Program-made: the position numbers and the translations under genes
In this document: positions 33,067 through 45,400 of the stretch, piece by piece
How the letters are laid out: each line of letters begins with the position of its first letter
Position numbering within the stretch: position 1 is the first letter of the stretch
The notes under the pieces: generated by a model
The model's input: the letters and a program-made list of their open reading frames with translations, nothing else
Databases searched by the model: none
What the model was told of the DNA's origin: nothing
IMG/VR virus record: IMGVR_UViG_3300027991_000002
Location: 1-64,000 of that record
DNA length: 64,000 nucleotides
Source of the DNA: a virus
Lineage: Duplodnaviria; Caudoviricetes
Strand: one strand, 5' to 3'

Positions 33067-34340
33067 TGTACGTTATAATAATAAGTTGCTCTTAATCCGT
33101 TATCTTTTCCATAAGCAAATGATTGCGCTGATTGTCTTTGACCTACATATCCCTGTCCTGTATGCCATGCGTCCGTACCACTCATTGAACACAGTGTCCT
33201 TAAAACTACTGTCTTGTTTTCTACTGTTGTGTTAAAAACTTTAATTCTTTCATGGTGTTTATCCCCTCTGTGAAACTCTCTGTATTTTGCTTTTGACCAC
33301 CATTCGGGAACTTCGCTTGCCATGAGTAAAGGTAAGTCATTTTCCTTTTCTAAATTGCCGTGCGTTAATCCGATTAACGTATTGCCATACAAAAAGTATT
33401 TTCTTGCCGTTGGCTTGTTATTCACATTAACATCCATGCAATTATGAAACCAACATTCAATGGCATCTCCGAGATAAAACTCTGCTTGGTTAGCATGGTT
33501 TCCATATATTCCAATGGCTTCCACAGGGGCTACCTGCGCGAGAGTTTCAATTCCCTTAACTAAAAGTTTCCTTCCGCCCGTAAACATTTTCTGCCATCTC
33601 GAATCGGTATCTTGCGGTGTGCCTGCGGTGGTGGCATTGCTCTTTCCTTCTGAATTAAAAAAGTCATTACCAAAAACAAAAAGTATTTTTTCAATATTGT
33701 AAACCGAAACAGCACGTGAAATCAAATCTTTGAGCGCATCGTTAAATCTTTGTTCGGCTATTTTAGTGTCGTAATCCTTCCCGCTTTCTTCATGCCAGCA
33801 TAACTTAGCGTAATGTAAGTCGTAAATTGAAATCTCAAGCATCACAGGTTCTTTGAAATTGTTTTTGTAAATTACCTTTGGGTATTTAGGTGCATAATTT
33901 TTTAAATCTTCTTTTAACTCATTTAAAACTTCTGCCTGCTGTTTGTTTTTTAAAGGGATAAAACAACACGACATAATATATCCACCACTTGACTTGTCTT
34001 TGAACCATACCATTGAAATGCGCCAATCCAAAGGGCTTCGTCCATACCGTTGAAATATTTCTTCATCTGTTAATTTTTTGTCAACAGTGTCTTTTATTTC
34101 TACCGAGCCGTCATTATTTCGTCTTTCAAAATACTCTACGGTATCTAATATTTCTTTTTTCAGGTTTTGCGTTCCTCCCTCAATTTCATCTCTATACCTA
34201 TACAACCCTGTTTTTAATGCAATAAAACTATACTCTCCTTTATAAAAACCTACCAGTCGCCTAATCCATTCATTATCTTGTTCGTCAGGGAATCTTCTCA
34301 ACACACTAAATATTTTATTCCAATCTTTTTTTGTACTCAT
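33063..34340 (-). CDS. Calcineurin-like metallophosphoesterase
   Basis: DLH, GND, GNH, HG and GDKHH motifs in the expected order. Confidence 0.75.
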   Translation of the reverse strand: MSTKKDWNKIFSVLRRFPDEQDNEWIRRLVGFYKGEYSFIALKTGLYRYRDEIEGGTQNLKKEILDTVEYFERRNNDGSVEIKDTVDKKLTDEEIFQRYGRSPLDWRISMVWFKDKSSGGYIMSCCFIPLKNKQQAEVLNELKEDLKNYAPKYPKVIYKNNFKEPVMLEISIYDLHYAKLCWHEESGKDYDTKIAEQRFNDALKDLISRAVSVYNIEKILFVFGNDFFNSEGKSNATTAGTPQDTDSRWQKMFTGGRKLLVKGIETLAQVAPVEAIGIYGNHANQAEFYLGDAIECWFHNCMDVNVNNKPTARKYFLYGNTLIGLTHGNLEKENDLPLLMASEVPEWWSKAKYREFHRGDKHHERIKVFNTTVENKTVVLRTLCSMSGTDAWHTGQGYVGQRQSAQSFAYGKDNGLRATYYYNVQ

Positions 34341-34483
34341 ACATACAATGGTGTTGAATTGTCAGGCGGTTTCGGTGGATTGAAAATACGATACAGTATT
34401 GCAACAGCCCAAATAGCAAATCCGAGTTTCCAACTCCATATTGCGATAATAAAAACTGTCAGGCAAAAAAGAAATATTTTCAT
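34337..34483 (-). CDS. Small membrane protein (48 aa; not in the ORF track)
   Basis: MKIFLFCLTVFIIAIWSWKLGFAIWAVAILY..; coupled on both sides. Confidence 0.5.
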   Translation of the reverse strand: MKIFLFCLTVFIIAIWSWKLGFAIWAVAILYRIFNPPKPPDNSTPLYV

Positions 34484-34710
34484 ACTGGAATCAGGGTTTT
34501 GTTATCAAGTATCTCACCTGACTGCCCGAAGGTGTGTGTAATATATTCCACACTTTCATGTTCTTCAAGTAAGTTATGTAAAAAAACTATCTCGTCATTG
34601 CCGTCTGTCCTTTGCTGGAAGCGGTCAGGGTTGCATAAACACTCTGCTTTCATCAGGTGTTTCTCCCATTCTTCTTTTGCGAGCGTATGGCGTATCACTA
34701 ACACTTCCAT
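34480..34710 (-). CDS. Hypothetical protein (76 aa)
   Basis: HLMKAECLCNP motif. Confidence 0.5.
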   Translation of the reverse strand: MEVLVIRHTLAKEEWEKHLMKAECLCNPDRFQQRTDGNDEIVFLHNLLEEHESVEYITHTFGQSGEILDNKTLIPV

Positions 34711-34775
34711 CTTTCTACAAAGGTTACGTTAGAAAGTGATAAAAGTCACATGGGTTTTGAAAAGTTTTAAACAAC

Positions 34776-34804
34776 AAAAAACCCCCACGTCAGGCAGGGG
34801 TTTC
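34776..34804 (-). terminator. Intrinsic terminator
   Basis: Minus strand: AAACCCC-tgcctgacgt-GGGGGTTT running into a T tract. Confidence 0.65.
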
Positions 34805-34949
34805 TAAAAACATCATCAACTCAACAAGAACTTAACATGAAAACTTTACAAAGATAACAGTTTTATTAAACCAAACAAGATAAATAAAAATAAAATTATC
34901 ACAAACCATACAAAGTTGCCTTTGTCATTGTGCATCACTCGTAGCCAAT

Positions 34950-35285
34950 TCATGGATTTAAAAATCTACTCTCAATCATACGGTCATTGTATTGTTTGTC
35001 ATAATCAACCCACCATTCTGCGCCTGTTTCAGAGTTTGATTTTGATGCTTCATATATAGAAGCTACTTTGATATTTAAAAGCTGGTCACCACGCTTTAAA
35101 GAGATAATATCTTTATTGTTTTTATTAATTGCCGTGTCATGTTCCGCAATGTAAGTTAATATTTGATTTTGATTAGTGACAAGTTTTGTTCCTACTGTTG
35201 AAAGATATGGAAGTCCAATTAACAGAAAAAAATTCACCAATGCTTTTACGGAATCTTTTGTAAAAAAAACTGTGGCTTTTGTCAT
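34950..35285 (-). CDS. Membrane-anchored coiled-coil protein (111 aa)
   Basis: One hydrophobic segment followed by heptads. Confidence 0.55.
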   Translation of the reverse strand: MTKATVFFTKDSVKALVNFFLLIGLPYLSTVGTKLVTNQNQILTYIAEHDTAINKNNKDIISLKRGDQLLNIKVASIYEASKSNSETGAEWWVDYDKQYNDRMIESRFLNP

Positions 35286-35337
35286 ATCGCAAAACTACCT
35301 ATTTGTAAGTTAATATGATTTTGGTCATGGGGAAGTT

Positions 35338-35721
35338 TTAAACATCAGTAAGATGTTCAAGGTAAGCGAATGTGGATTGGGCTGTCAGATATTTTACAAT
35401 TACAGGCGAAGCATCAGAATTTATTTTATGAACTTCTAATTCAACTGTCGTATCATATAACTTTTGCTTATCCTCTACAAGTTGCTTTAACAGTTTTGAT
35501 TTTTCTTCTTCTGTTGTTGCAGAGGGAATTGCTTCATTGTAAGCATTGTTCAACTCTATTTCCGCTTTGGAAAAACTTTCCATCAGCGGTTTTATTTTAT
35601 TACGCGTTTTGTTAGCGGCATACACTACCGAATATGCATCTTTTAACTCTGCCTTGAGTTCTTTTGAATCACATATTTCAGTGATGGCTTTTGAAATTGA
35701 AACGAGGTCTATGTTTGTCAT
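35338..35721 (-). CDS. Hypothetical protein after the tail fibre (127 aa)
   Basis: Helical ORF; position suggests a fibre chaperone. Confidence 0.5.
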   Translation of the reverse strand: MTNIDLVSISKAITEICDSKELKAELKDAYSVVYAANKTRNKIKPLMESFSKAEIELNNAYNEAIPSATTEEEKSKLLKQLVEDKQKLYDTTVELEVHKINSDASPVIVKYLTAQSTFAYLEHLTDV

Positions 35722-35728
35722 AAATTAT

Positions 35729-38700
35729 TTATTCTGCTTCCCAAAGGTAAACTTGCGCAGTAGGTGTTCCTACTTTTGTCCAAGCTATATCAAAGGTTGT
35801 TGATGTTACATTTTGAACTACTCCTTGTATTGTATTTCCTGATGAGGTGGCGACAAAAATAGTAAAAGTAGTCGAAGATTGCGGGGCTTGAGTAGTTGTT
35901 CCTGCCGATGTCATGTAAATACAAGTCTGTCCTCCTGCGGCTGTATAAACTCCCATTGAAACAGGTGTAGGTGTGGCAGAGGTGCTTGCTGTAAATGTTC
36001 CTATTCCATATAAACGAATGGTGGTAGGTATTCTGCTGACATTATGTGTTACTGTTGTGGTTGTGGTGGTCGTTGCGGTGGCTGCCACTCCTGAGCGTGA
36101 GTTGACACCTGAAATCCAATTTGTGCCATCGGATTTTAAAGTATTTCCTGATGTCCCCGGCACTGCCCATGTCTCTGTTGAATAAATATTGTTTGTGGCA
36201 TCAGATACAAGTATTGTTCTTGCTGCTCCACTTGCCGATGGATAGGTTGGCGTACTCCATGTAGGCACTGCACTTGCTCCACTTTGCAGAACCTTTCCTG
36301 CGGTTGCATTAACAGCTAAAACTCCCATTGCATTTGAACCTGTTGCAACAAATATATCCCCTGTGTTAGCCGTATCAGGAATAGTTAATGTAGATGCTAC
36401 AAAATTTGTAGCATTTCCTCTTGGGAATGTTCCTGCTGCTGCTGCGCTGCCAATTTGAAATCCCGCAAATGAATCAATACTTCCTGCTGTTGTTTTTATT
36501 CCGCTGCCAAACGAAAATATATCACTTGCGTTTAAATTGACTCCTAAGTTTGCACTGTTGGCAGCATTTCTCCAGTTTATTGCTCCAGTATTGGCAAGTC
36601 TAAATACTCCGGCAGAAGCTGAATTAGCCGCAGAGCTTGTGAAGTTACCGCCCTTAAAACTTGAAGATGCTAATTGAACAGCAGACGAATCAAAAGTTAA
36701 TGCTGAATTGGTTTTGATTGCATTATTCGTAGTTGCCTGAGAAGTAAAAAAAGCAATAAAGCAAGTAGTGTCTGTGGATTCAACAGCAGTGGACATTGAA
36801 TCTACTGTCATTACTGTTCCTGCGCCACTGACAGTAACATCTCCATAATCTGCATCTCCTAATACGGCTGTTGGAGCAGCCCATGTTGCATCTCCTCTCC
36901 AAAAAGTTGTATTGCTTGCGCTTGTTCCTGAGTTAAGATTTGCAACAGGAAGATTGCCTGAAACATCTGTTGCTAAAGCTACTTGTGCAAAAGATACTGT
37001 TGTCCCGTCTGTTCTTAAAACACGGTTGGCTACCGCTCCTGATGTAATAGACGGAACTCCTGTACTTGATGTCACCAAAGCTCCTGTATTAGCCGTTGCT
37101 AACGCTGAGATGACATTCGCTGCACTGGCATAAAGAATCGTGCTTATCGCGGCTGTATTAGGTAAGGTGAGAGTACTCCAAACGGGAGCAGTAGTCACTC
37201 CTCCGCTTCTTAAATAACTTCCCGCTGCCACATCTGCCAACGCTGAAAAGACATTAGTAGCAGAAGCATAAATAATATCTCCTGTGGTGTAAGTGTCAGG
37301 AATAGTAAACGTGCTGTAAACATTATTCGTTCCGTCACTTCTTAATACTTTCCCTGCTGTTCCGCTTGCGCTCGGATAAGTTGGGGTACTCCACGCAAGC
37401 CCTGTCGCTGCTGCGGAAGAAACCTGTAATATCTGCCCATCGGTTGCGCCTATCGCTAATCTTGTATTTACTGTGCTGAAAACAAAAATATCTCCTTTTG
37501 TGGTAAGTGGAGAAACATCGGCTGCTGTCACCGTACTCCATGCAGGAGCGGCACTCACCGCACCTGTTCCTGTCTGACTGAGGAACATTTTGGTAGTGGT
37601 GATGTTTCCCGCAAGTGCCAATAATTGTCCTGACGCGGGAGGCGTTGAGCCATAAAGTATATCTCCAAGTACATAAGAAACTAATCCTGTGCCTCCGTGA
37701 TTAGCTGAGAGTGTTCCCGCGATGTCATTAGCTAAAGATACTGCTGCCCAACTTGGATTACCTGCTGCATTACCGTGTAAAACTGTTGTTGTTGTCCCTT
37801 GATTAACAAAGTCTGCACTTGCAAGTGTAGGTGCTGCCCATGAAGTTATTCCACTTCCATCTGTCTTAAAAAACTCATTCGCATTACCATCACTATCAGG
37901 CAAAGTCAATGTCCATGTTCCTGCAATGGCTTTGGGTTGTATAGTCACAAGTCCCGATGTAGAGCCATAAAAACCTGCATTGCCGAGTGTGGTGTTTAAA
38001 GTGCCGAGTAAAAGTCCAACAGGTAACCTGACTTTTCCTGTTGAATCCCATTGTAAAGTAGTGGTGTGTGCGTGTGGTGCGCCTGCCAAGACGTTACTTT
38101 CAAGATACATCGAAAATGTCCCTGTGGCGTTGTCAAGTTGCATTAATGCTCCATAACCATTTACCCCCGCTAAATATGCTCCGTCCGGTGTTGAATTGAA
38201 TCCGATACCTCCTACTCCTGCTCCTGCTGCTGATGCGTAAAAACCACCTACGCCTCCTGCTATATCCATTCCTGCGTTTAAAAGGATGTTGGTAGCATCG
38301 TTAAAAGTCAAATCAGCACTTGTCGTACCACCTGCTGTCACTCCATCGCCAAAGGGTATTCTTGTGGCTGCATAGATTGGTGCGCCTGCGCTTGCCGTCC
38401 AACTTAAATTGCCTGCTCCGTCATTAGTCAACGCTCCTGCCGCGTTTGCAGGAATAGTATTTCCGTTTATCTTGGCTACCGTTGGATTTACATACGTTCC
38501 TGACAGGTCGCCCCCTGCGGCTATGCCCGCTATGGTGGTTAAATATCCTGAATCGTTGACAAATTGGGAAATGTTGGTTGAAGTCAGGTTAGCTGTCAAA
38601 ACTCCTGCTGCTACATTTAAAGTAACGTCATTGCCTACGTTGCTTATCGAAGTAATAAATGCTGCTCCCCCTGCCGTAAATTCAAGTCCTGATTCATCGG

Positions 38701-38998
38701 CTTTTACACTGACTACTTTTGTTGCTTGTCCTACATAAGAATTGGGAACATCGGTTAATTGAGTGAACTTTGTTGCTCCGTATTTATTTATTAATCCTTC
38801 GGGTAAAAAATCAGTAGTCGCTAAAACTATCTGTTCTATTGCTTTCCATACATTTCCTGTGGGTTGGCGTTGCTGTTCGTAAAGAATCGAGGTGGCTAAA
38901 TCAATCGCCTGAACACCTTTTTGAGCAGTTACTTCTGATGGTATTCCTGAATGAAGAAAGTCATTCGTGGCAACAGGATTTATTTTCTTTACCGCCAT
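35729..38998 (-). CDS. Tail fibre protein (1089 aa)
   Basis: G/A/T/S-rich with repeated modules (GDI..A..G.VL.S.G..P.W; PTYPSASG..x2). Confidence 0.8.
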   Translation of the reverse strand: MAVKKINPVATNDFLHSGIPSEVTAQKGVQAIDLATSILYEQQRQPTGNVWKAIEQIVLATTDFLPEGLINKYGATKFTQLTDVPNSYVGQATKVVSVKADESGLEFTAGGAAFITSISNVGNDVTLNVAAGVLTANLTSTNISQFVNDSGYLTTIAGIAAGGDLSGTYVNPTVAKINGNTIPANAAGALTNDGAGNLSWTASAGAPIYAATRIPFGDGVTAGGTTSADLTFNDATNILLNAGMDIAGGVGGFYASAAGAGVGGIGFNSTPDGAYLAGVNGYGALMQLDNATGTFSMYLESNVLAGAPHAHTTTLQWDSTGKVRLPVGLLLGTLNTTLGNAGFYGSTSGLVTIQPKAIAGTWTLTLPDSDGNANEFFKTDGSGITSWAAPTLASADFVNQGTTTTVLHGNAAGNPSWAAVSLANDIAGTLSANHGGTGLVSYVLGDILYGSTPPASGQLLALAGNITTTKMFLSQTGTGAVSAAPAWSTVTAADVSPLTTKGDIFVFSTVNTRLAIGATDGQILQVSSAAATGLAWSTPTYPSASGTAGKVLRSDGTNNVYSTFTIPDTYTTGDIIYASATNVFSALADVAAGSYLRSGGVTTAPVWSTLTLPNTAAISTILYASAANVISALATANTGALVTSSTGVPSITSGAVANRVLRTDGTTVSFAQVALATDVSGNLPVANLNSGTSASNTTFWRGDATWAAPTAVLGDADYGDVTVSGAGTVMTVDSMSTAVESTDTTCFIAFFTSQATTNNAIKTNSALTFDSSAVQLASSSFKGGNFTSSAANSASAGVFRLANTGAINWRNAANSANLGVNLNASDIFSFGSGIKTTAGSIDSFAGFQIGSAAAAGTFPRGNATNFVASTLTIPDTANTGDIFVATGSNAMGVLAVNATAGKVLQSGASAVPTWSTPTYPSASGAARTILVSDATNNIYSTETWAVPGTSGNTLKSDGTNWISGVNSRSGVAATATTTTTTTVTHNVSRIPTTIRLYGIGTFTASTSATPTPVSMGVYTAAGGQTCIYMTSAGTTTQAPQSSTTFTIFVATSSGNTIQGVVQNVTSTTFDIAWTKVGTPTAQVYLWEAE

Positions 38999-39622
38999 TT
39001 CGCAAACTTAACTCAAATAGTAGCGGTTTCTACATGGAAGAAAAAAATATTTTTAACAAAATGTTGGAAGTGAATAAAAAGGTATTATCTTTGCATCGGC
39101 TTTTAGGTTTACGTTCTGTATCACATATCAATTATAAAAATAGTTATCGGGAAACCGAGCAACAAACCCTAACACCCTAAAAGCCCATTCTAACGTTTGG
39201 GTTTTTGTGTTTTAGGAAAATGAAGAATTGCAATATTGAAAATAGTTTCACGGGAGGTGTTCCGACTCAAGGAGGTGATGCGCTAACACGAAAGTGGAGG
39301 ATGCAGGGTGTCGGAGGTATTGTAACATAAAAGAGTTACTTACTTTTGTAACTCAAAGCAAAATGAAAACGAGCAAACTTTTAAGATACTTAATTGGAAC
39401 GCGCAAAAGCCCCCTGTTAGGGCGGAGCAATTTTGTTTTTCAGAGGGGGACTTTTTCTTTTCTTTTTAAGCTTCTTTGTAGTTGTTGCTTTTCTCTCTTT
39501 CTTTTCTTTTATTGCTGGTAGTTTAAGGTTGGTAGCATTAACTTAAATTATAGGTAACACAGAAGTAAATAATTCATATTCACCCCCAAAAAACTTTTTT
39601 TAACTTTACAAAAATCTCTCCC

Positions 39623-40021
39623 ATGAAAAGTATATCGCTTTATTTGAAATACCTTTTGTTGTTATTGGCTTTGGGAGGGATGTGTTCGTGTGAGAAGTAT
39701 GAACTGCGGAAAGAACAACGGGCAAAAAGTGTTCAGTCTCATCTTTACATCAGCGAAGGATTTGACATGCCTAATCAGATAACGCATCAGGATATTGTTA
39801 ATATTTGTCAGCAATTAATAAACGAAAATCCGCAATATGATTCACTCTACATTAATAAACTACCCCCCGATGGAGAGCCAAGTACTTATACTGTTGTAGG
39901 TCATGTCAGGTTTATTTTTCATTTTTGGAGTGTGAAAGCAACTAACAATACTTCGATAAATATTCAATATGATTCTACAAATTACGACCTGACTAATTTA
40001 GGTCGTATGCACGATGATTAG
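39623..40021 (+). CDS. Lipoprotein moron on the opposite strand (132 aa)
   Basis: LLLLLALGGMCSC lipobox; the only + strand gene accepted in the late module. Confidence 0.6.
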   Translation: MKSISLYLKYLLLLLALGGMCSCEKYELRKEQRAKSVQSHLYISEGFDMPNQITHQDIVNICQQLINENPQYDSLYINKLPPDGEPSTYTVVGHVRFIFHFWSVKATNNTSINIQYDSTNYDLTNLGRMHDD

Positions 40022-41730
40022 TAGTTGGCGCGATTGGTTTCGTAACTGTCAACACCTGCGCCTGTAATCAGAAAATCAATAAAATCAAAGTTCGCACCGA
40101 CTCCTACAAAAGCTATTGCCCCTTTTAGTCGAGGATTATTTGCCGCAAGTCCTGAGTTGATTGTAAGCGTTATTCCTGTGTCAGGAATCAATCTGAAATT
40201 TCTTGTAAGAGTGGCGGGTGCAGATGGTTTAACGATAGAATTAATGGTATAGGTGGGATTTGCCCCTTGTAAAACAAATGCGCCTGCAATAGTATATTTT
40301 TGAGGAATCGTTAAAACATTTGCCGCAAAAATCGCTGCATCATCTAAGTCAAGATTAACTTTTAGAGTTGAAGTGTTGTTATCATTGGAATTGCTACTTC
40401 CGATAGTTTGTCCTGAAAAAGAATAATCAATCGTTGCGTTTATTCCACCACCTAAAAAAATATTTGAACTTAAATTATTTCCATTGGTAATATCAATAGT
40501 ACCTCCTGCATCTATTATTGTTTGATTGTAAAAAACACCTTCATTAAGATTAGTAAAATAAAGAGTCGAACTCCCAATTAAATTATTGTCAGCTATAAAT
40601 CCTCTTTGATTTAAACATGAAAGAGTTGAACCACTTTCAACAAAGTTTCCTGATACATTATCATTGCCCCATTGAAATACTGCAATAACTCCTGCATTAT
40701 TCCCATCTGAAACTTTATTCTGTCTTTTGTCTGCACGGTAAACTAAAATGTCATCAGCAAATTTGTATTGTATGTCATCAACTTCATTTATGTAGCCGTT
40801 AGTCACAGACGGAGTAAGCAACTGATAAGCGGTATTGTTAGTAACGGGGTCTGTACCGTTGAAAGCTGTTTCATCAATCACCACGTAATGACTCCCATTC
40901 CAAAAAACAACATTGCCATTTACAAGTATTGCAGGTGCAGGATAAGTAACCGTCAATTCATTTGCTGAAACTCCTGTCCCATTATCTATCGTATTGCCCG
41001 GCACGTAAAAGTTCGCAGGTGTCGTTCTGAATATCGTTATCGTGCTTCCGTCATCCGAGATACAAGTTCCTACTGCTCCGTTGGCGGCTTCCGTTATCGT
41101 CTCGCCTGCTACGAAATTACCGCCTATTAAAGTGTCGTAGGTTATCGTAACAAGTTCAAGTCCTGTATGCCATACGCCTGCATTGGCTGATGCTCCGTTG
41201 TAAAGAACATAACCCGCAACTCCGCTATAATCACCTGCGCCTTGAAAATCGGGATTAAGAGCGTTCAACCATCCGTTTAAAAGAGGAGTATGAGTAGGGT
41301 TAGTTGATGTATCAATAGGCAATAAAATACTGCGGTCTGTGATGTAGATTTTGTCGTAAAGAGTGGTATTGATTCCATTTGACAGCGCATTTGAAATATT
41401 GGTATAAGTATCTATCAACGTCCCGCCCCCTCCTGTACGAGCATGCCATTGGCGAACTCCGAAAGCGTCTGTGCCGTAATCATAATTAGGAGGTACTGTG
41501 GAAAGGTCATTCATTAATTCAAATGGTGCGCCCTGAGAACCGATACCTACTATTGAATTGCGAGTGAATAACTGACTGCCGAGCCATTTTAGGAAACCTG
41601 TAAAATCAGTTTGAAAATTCTCCCACAACTTTTGCCCTGTGGTTTGCCTTTGGGAAATACGCACTCTCTCTTTGCCTGTGATTTGCGAGGCATTGAGGAA
41701 CTTTTCAGAACTTGTGGGTTTAGAACTCAT
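40018..41730 (-). CDS. Tail fibre/spike-like virion protein (570 aa)
   Basis: N/G/T-rich, beta-helix-like C-terminal half. Confidence 0.65.
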   Translation of the reverse strand: MSSKPTSSEKFLNASQITGKERVRISQRQTTGQKLWENFQTDFTGFLKWLGSQLFTRNSIVGIGSQGAPFELMNDLSTVPPNYDYGTDAFGVRQWHARTGGGGTLIDTYTNISNALSNGINTTLYDKIYITDRSILLPIDTSTNPTHTPLLNGWLNALNPDFQGAGDYSGVAGYVLYNGASANAGVWHTGLELVTITYDTLIGGNFVAGETITEAANGAVGTCISDDGSTITIFRTTPANFYVPGNTIDNGTGVSANELTVTYPAPAILVNGNVVFWNGSHYVVIDETAFNGTDPVTNNTAYQLLTPSVTNGYINEVDDIQYKFADDILVYRADKRQNKVSDGNNAGVIAVFQWGNDNVSGNFVESGSTLSCLNQRGFIADNNLIGSSTLYFTNLNEGVFYNQTIIDAGGTIDITNGNNLSSNIFLGGGINATIDYSFSGQTIGSSNSNDNNTSTLKVNLDLDDAAIFAANVLTIPQKYTIAGAFVLQGANPTYTINSIVKPSAPATLTRNFRLIPDTGITLTINSGLAANNPRLKGAIAFVGVGANFDFIDFLITGAGVDSYETNRANY

Positions 41731-42170
41731 CGTACAATAGCCACTTTAAACACTCCTCCGTCTAATACTAACGGGTCAACTGGTTTAGTATCCTGACCTG
41801 TAAATACCGTAGGAGAAGCAGATACCGATTGTGCCGCCCCGTTGATATTTCCTGAACCGCTTGCAAGCTGTACAGAAATCTCTTTCGCGGCTGGCTTTAA
41901 AGTCCTTCGTAACGCTTGCGCTATCGTTATATCAGCCGTAAATTTTTCTTTGATGATACAATGAGTGTCATCCTGAACGGAAACTACCTGATGAGCTTCT
42001 TTGTTAGTGGTAGCATCAAGCAGCCAGTCGTAATTATGCAGTTCTGTTAGAAAAGCTGTTGCGATTCCAGTTACATACACTCCGCTTGTGGTGGCTGTGC
42101 CTGTTAAGGTGGTTGAGCGTGGAGCGGTGTCCACCCCTGATGCTTGTGAATAAAATTCTGAATTTGCCAT
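41727..42170 (-). CDS. Virion structural protein (147 aa)
   Basis: LTGTATTSG..VTG..TAF fibre-like motif. Confidence 0.55.
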   Translation of the reverse strand: MANSEFYSQASGVDTAPRSTTLTGTATTSGVYVTGIATAFLTELHNYDWLLDATTNKEAHQVVSVQDDTHCIIKEKFTADITIAQALRRTLKPAAKEISVQLASGSGNINGAAQSVSASPTVFTGQDTKPVDPLVLDGGVFKVAIVR

Positions 42171-42402
42171 AGTAAGTGTTTTTACAAATATAGATTATTG
42201 ATTAATTGATTTTATGTTTTGTCAGATTTCTTTTTAACTTTTTTGTGCATGGAAGCGTAACCACTTGCGTGAGCGGGAAGTTTTTTCCCTTTACTTGCAG
42301 CGTTCCATTCGTCAACGTCCACACCTTGTTTTTCAAGTTCTTTTTTATGGATGTTAAAGTATGCGGCTTGGGCAGCAGATTTGTACGGCATAGTATTTAG
42401 TT

Positions 42403-45400
42403 TTAACGGTTTCTGTTTTCTGTTCGGGTTTCTTGACGGTCTGTGGTTCTTGAAGATTGATTTTTAACAGGTGGCGCAACTCCTATTCTTGTTCCTGTAA
42501 ATCCTGAAACCATTCCAATCCATAGTCCTGTAAAATAATCTTCTATCTGTGGCTCACTTACCCCCTTGTCGTGCATTTCAGTATAAACATCTCTTGCCCC
42601 CTCCGATACCGGAATAGGGGCTTGTGAAAATAAATATTCTTTCCACGTCATCTTATGATTGTATTTATGCGCAGGCGGAGCATCGGAAAATGGCAATGTA
42701 TTTCCCGCGAAATCATGTTGTGTTAATACATCTGCTCCTGTGGATGCAAAAGGAGAAAGTTTGCCTCTTAAATACTTACCTGTTGTTTCATATAATTTAT
42801 CTGCTTGCGTTTCCCCTTTTAATTCTTTCTTATCTAAAAATGGAAGTGAAATTAATACAGACAACAAGTGCATAGATGAAACAAGTCCTCCTGTTACATC
42901 TATTGTCTTATCTCCGATTTTATGTTTCATCCAATCGGATTCTAACGGATGAGTGAAGTTTATTTTTTTATCTGAACCTGATGCAGAAAGTAATCCTTGA
43001 TTGACAGCAAGTGAAGCGATATATGTTGCTGACATTGCTCCAATTCCTTTTGCGATTATTTTCGCTGCGGCTTTTTCAGACGGAGTTGCGTTCTTCCAAT
43101 TTGTAAATGTTGTTACGGCTTTTGTCGGCTCTCCGATTAGTCTCGCCCATCGTGATGCTTCAAGACGCGGGGCGAATATCGCTGTGCCTACTGTTTCAGG
43201 AATAGGAACTTTACTCGTTCCTGTGGAATGATTTACAAGTGTTGCAATTTCTTTTGCGGTATTAGGGTCTGCTTTTTCTACATCTGAAAGTTTATTATAA
43301 AAATTATCAAACAAATCCTGACGAAAAACTTTTAATGCAAAAAATCCTCTGTCCCCTGCTGTACCGAATTTTCCAAAAAACTTTTTTAAGCCACCATAAT
43401 CATCATAAATAGAATTAGGGTCATTGGCAAGTCCCGAACGTTTGGCTAAAATAAAATTAGGTCTGCTTTGCAAATCTTCTTTTGCCATTTCGTAGTCGGA
43501 TGGCTTGAACATATATCGAAATTGTTTCCCAAAATCTGTCCAATAAGATTTCCATGTTGAGGGACGAAATATATTTGTTCCCGCGTGTGTAACCATTCCT
43601 ACCGTTCCGTGACCTGCGATAGCTTTTTCAAAAAAGAACTTAGGGATGGCTTTGAATATCTTTGTCAGTCGCGGTGTATTGGTTGTCTTAACCCATTCTT
43701 TTGCTCTGCCGATTGCTTGATTTCGTTTGTATTGAGTGCGATACATTTCATCGGTGATTGCGCGTACTGCTTTGGGTTGTGAGATTGCATTACGAACCTG
43801 CTCCCTTGTTAATCCTAAATCTTTAGAAACACCGTTGAGCATATTTTCATAGATACCGTCTTTGTCGAGATAATTTTCTTTTGCATAATTCCAAATATCT
43901 CTGACCTCCTGTGTGGTAAACTTAGAATCTTTTTTATCTACAAACTTGGTCAGAATATCATCATTTGTAAATTCATTAAAGTGGTTTTTAAATGCGCTTT
44001 CTGCTTCATCTTTTTTGTCAAAGTTTTTATACCAATCACTTGCTTTGATATGTGCAAGTCCGTCTGCGATTGCTTGCGCAACTGTTCCGCCTGCTTCAAC
44101 AGTTTTTGCGGCAACTTCCAGTGCCCCGTCCCAAACTATTGATGCGGGCGAAGCGGCTGAAAAAACAGACGGTCGTGAAGTTTTCCCCTGACGAATTATG
44201 TTGGCAATTTCTTTTGCTCTCTCCTTAATGTTCTTTGGAGTTTCTTCAACGGCTGCATTGAGAGCATCGGTTAATTTTTGTTTTAACTTTTCAACTTGAT
44301 TTGTCAGAGTTTTTACTTTGCCCGAAAGTTCTTTTGCTTCTGCAATTTGTTTTGGAGTGGCTTTTTTACCATCCGCCTCTACCGCCCTGACAAGTCCTGT
44401 CCAACTACCTGTATCAATATCTACTTCGCCTTGATGTGCCGCAAATGCTTTGTGCGCAAGAGTTGAAAGTGGTTTGACTTTTGCTAAATAATCATTCTCT
44501 TTTTGTTTTGCCACCTCGTATTCTTTACTGTTACTACCAAATTTATCTCCTGCTGCATTTGTTTCTCTGCCTAACTCATTAGCATAACTTTGAGCGATAG
44601 CAACTTTGTCGTGGAGTGGAATTGATTCATCGTTAATCATTGCGATAGGGTCTGCGCCTTTTGCTCGTAACTCATTGCCTCTTGCAAGGGCTTCTTCGCC
44701 TGTCCATCCGACACCTGATTCGGCAGGTTCGTTTCCTAATGTTCCTGCTCGTTGCTCTCTTGCTTTAATGGAGATTCCTGTTGTTCCACTTGGGGGTTCG
44801 CCTGATTCTGCGGGAGGTTCTGGTGGATTCTGCGAAGTTGTTCTATCTCCAACATTCGTCTCGCTTTCTGCTTGGTGGTCAGATGCGGGTTTTGATGCTT
44901 CAAGTTCTGTTGCTCGTTGTTCATCTGTTAATGAATTAAACCAGTTATCGTAATCATTGGATAAAGTATTTTCGTTTCTTGTATCGTGCGGAATGTGTTC
45001 AAGTTCTTTTCCTATTGACTGCATGAAGTCATTGATAGGTACTTGAATATTTTCTCCGCTGTCGGGGTGTTTTAAAATTACTGTTCCGTTTTTTGCCTGC
45101 TCATCTAATTGAGTTAAGAGTTCGTGCGCTCCGTTAGTAGGTCTGTCATTCACTACATCGCCCATTGCGGTTCTTATCTGTCTTTCAGACATCCGCTTGC
45201 CATCCATTCCTACTATGACAGGAAACGCATGACTGCCAACTTCGTTCAGTTTATTAAATACCTCCTGCGTCTGCAAATCACGCCTCTCCAAAGGTACGAA
45301 ATCTTCTTTGATTCCTTTGTTGTTAATATCAGTATTTACTGCACTTACTTTTTTGCCATTTTTATTTCTTAAAGTAATTCCGTTTTGCTTCTCGTCAATA

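Noticed and set aside
39270-39320. c-di-GMP-I riboswitch-like stretch (GCTAACAC-GAAA-GTGG)
   Set aside because: Only a GAAA-capped 3-bp stem is present; the remaining conserved elements could not be found.
35729-41730. Diversity-generating retroelement targeting the tail fibres
   Set aside because: No reverse transcriptase ORF and no TR/VR nucleotide repeat pair noticed. The fibre repeats are diverged protein modules.
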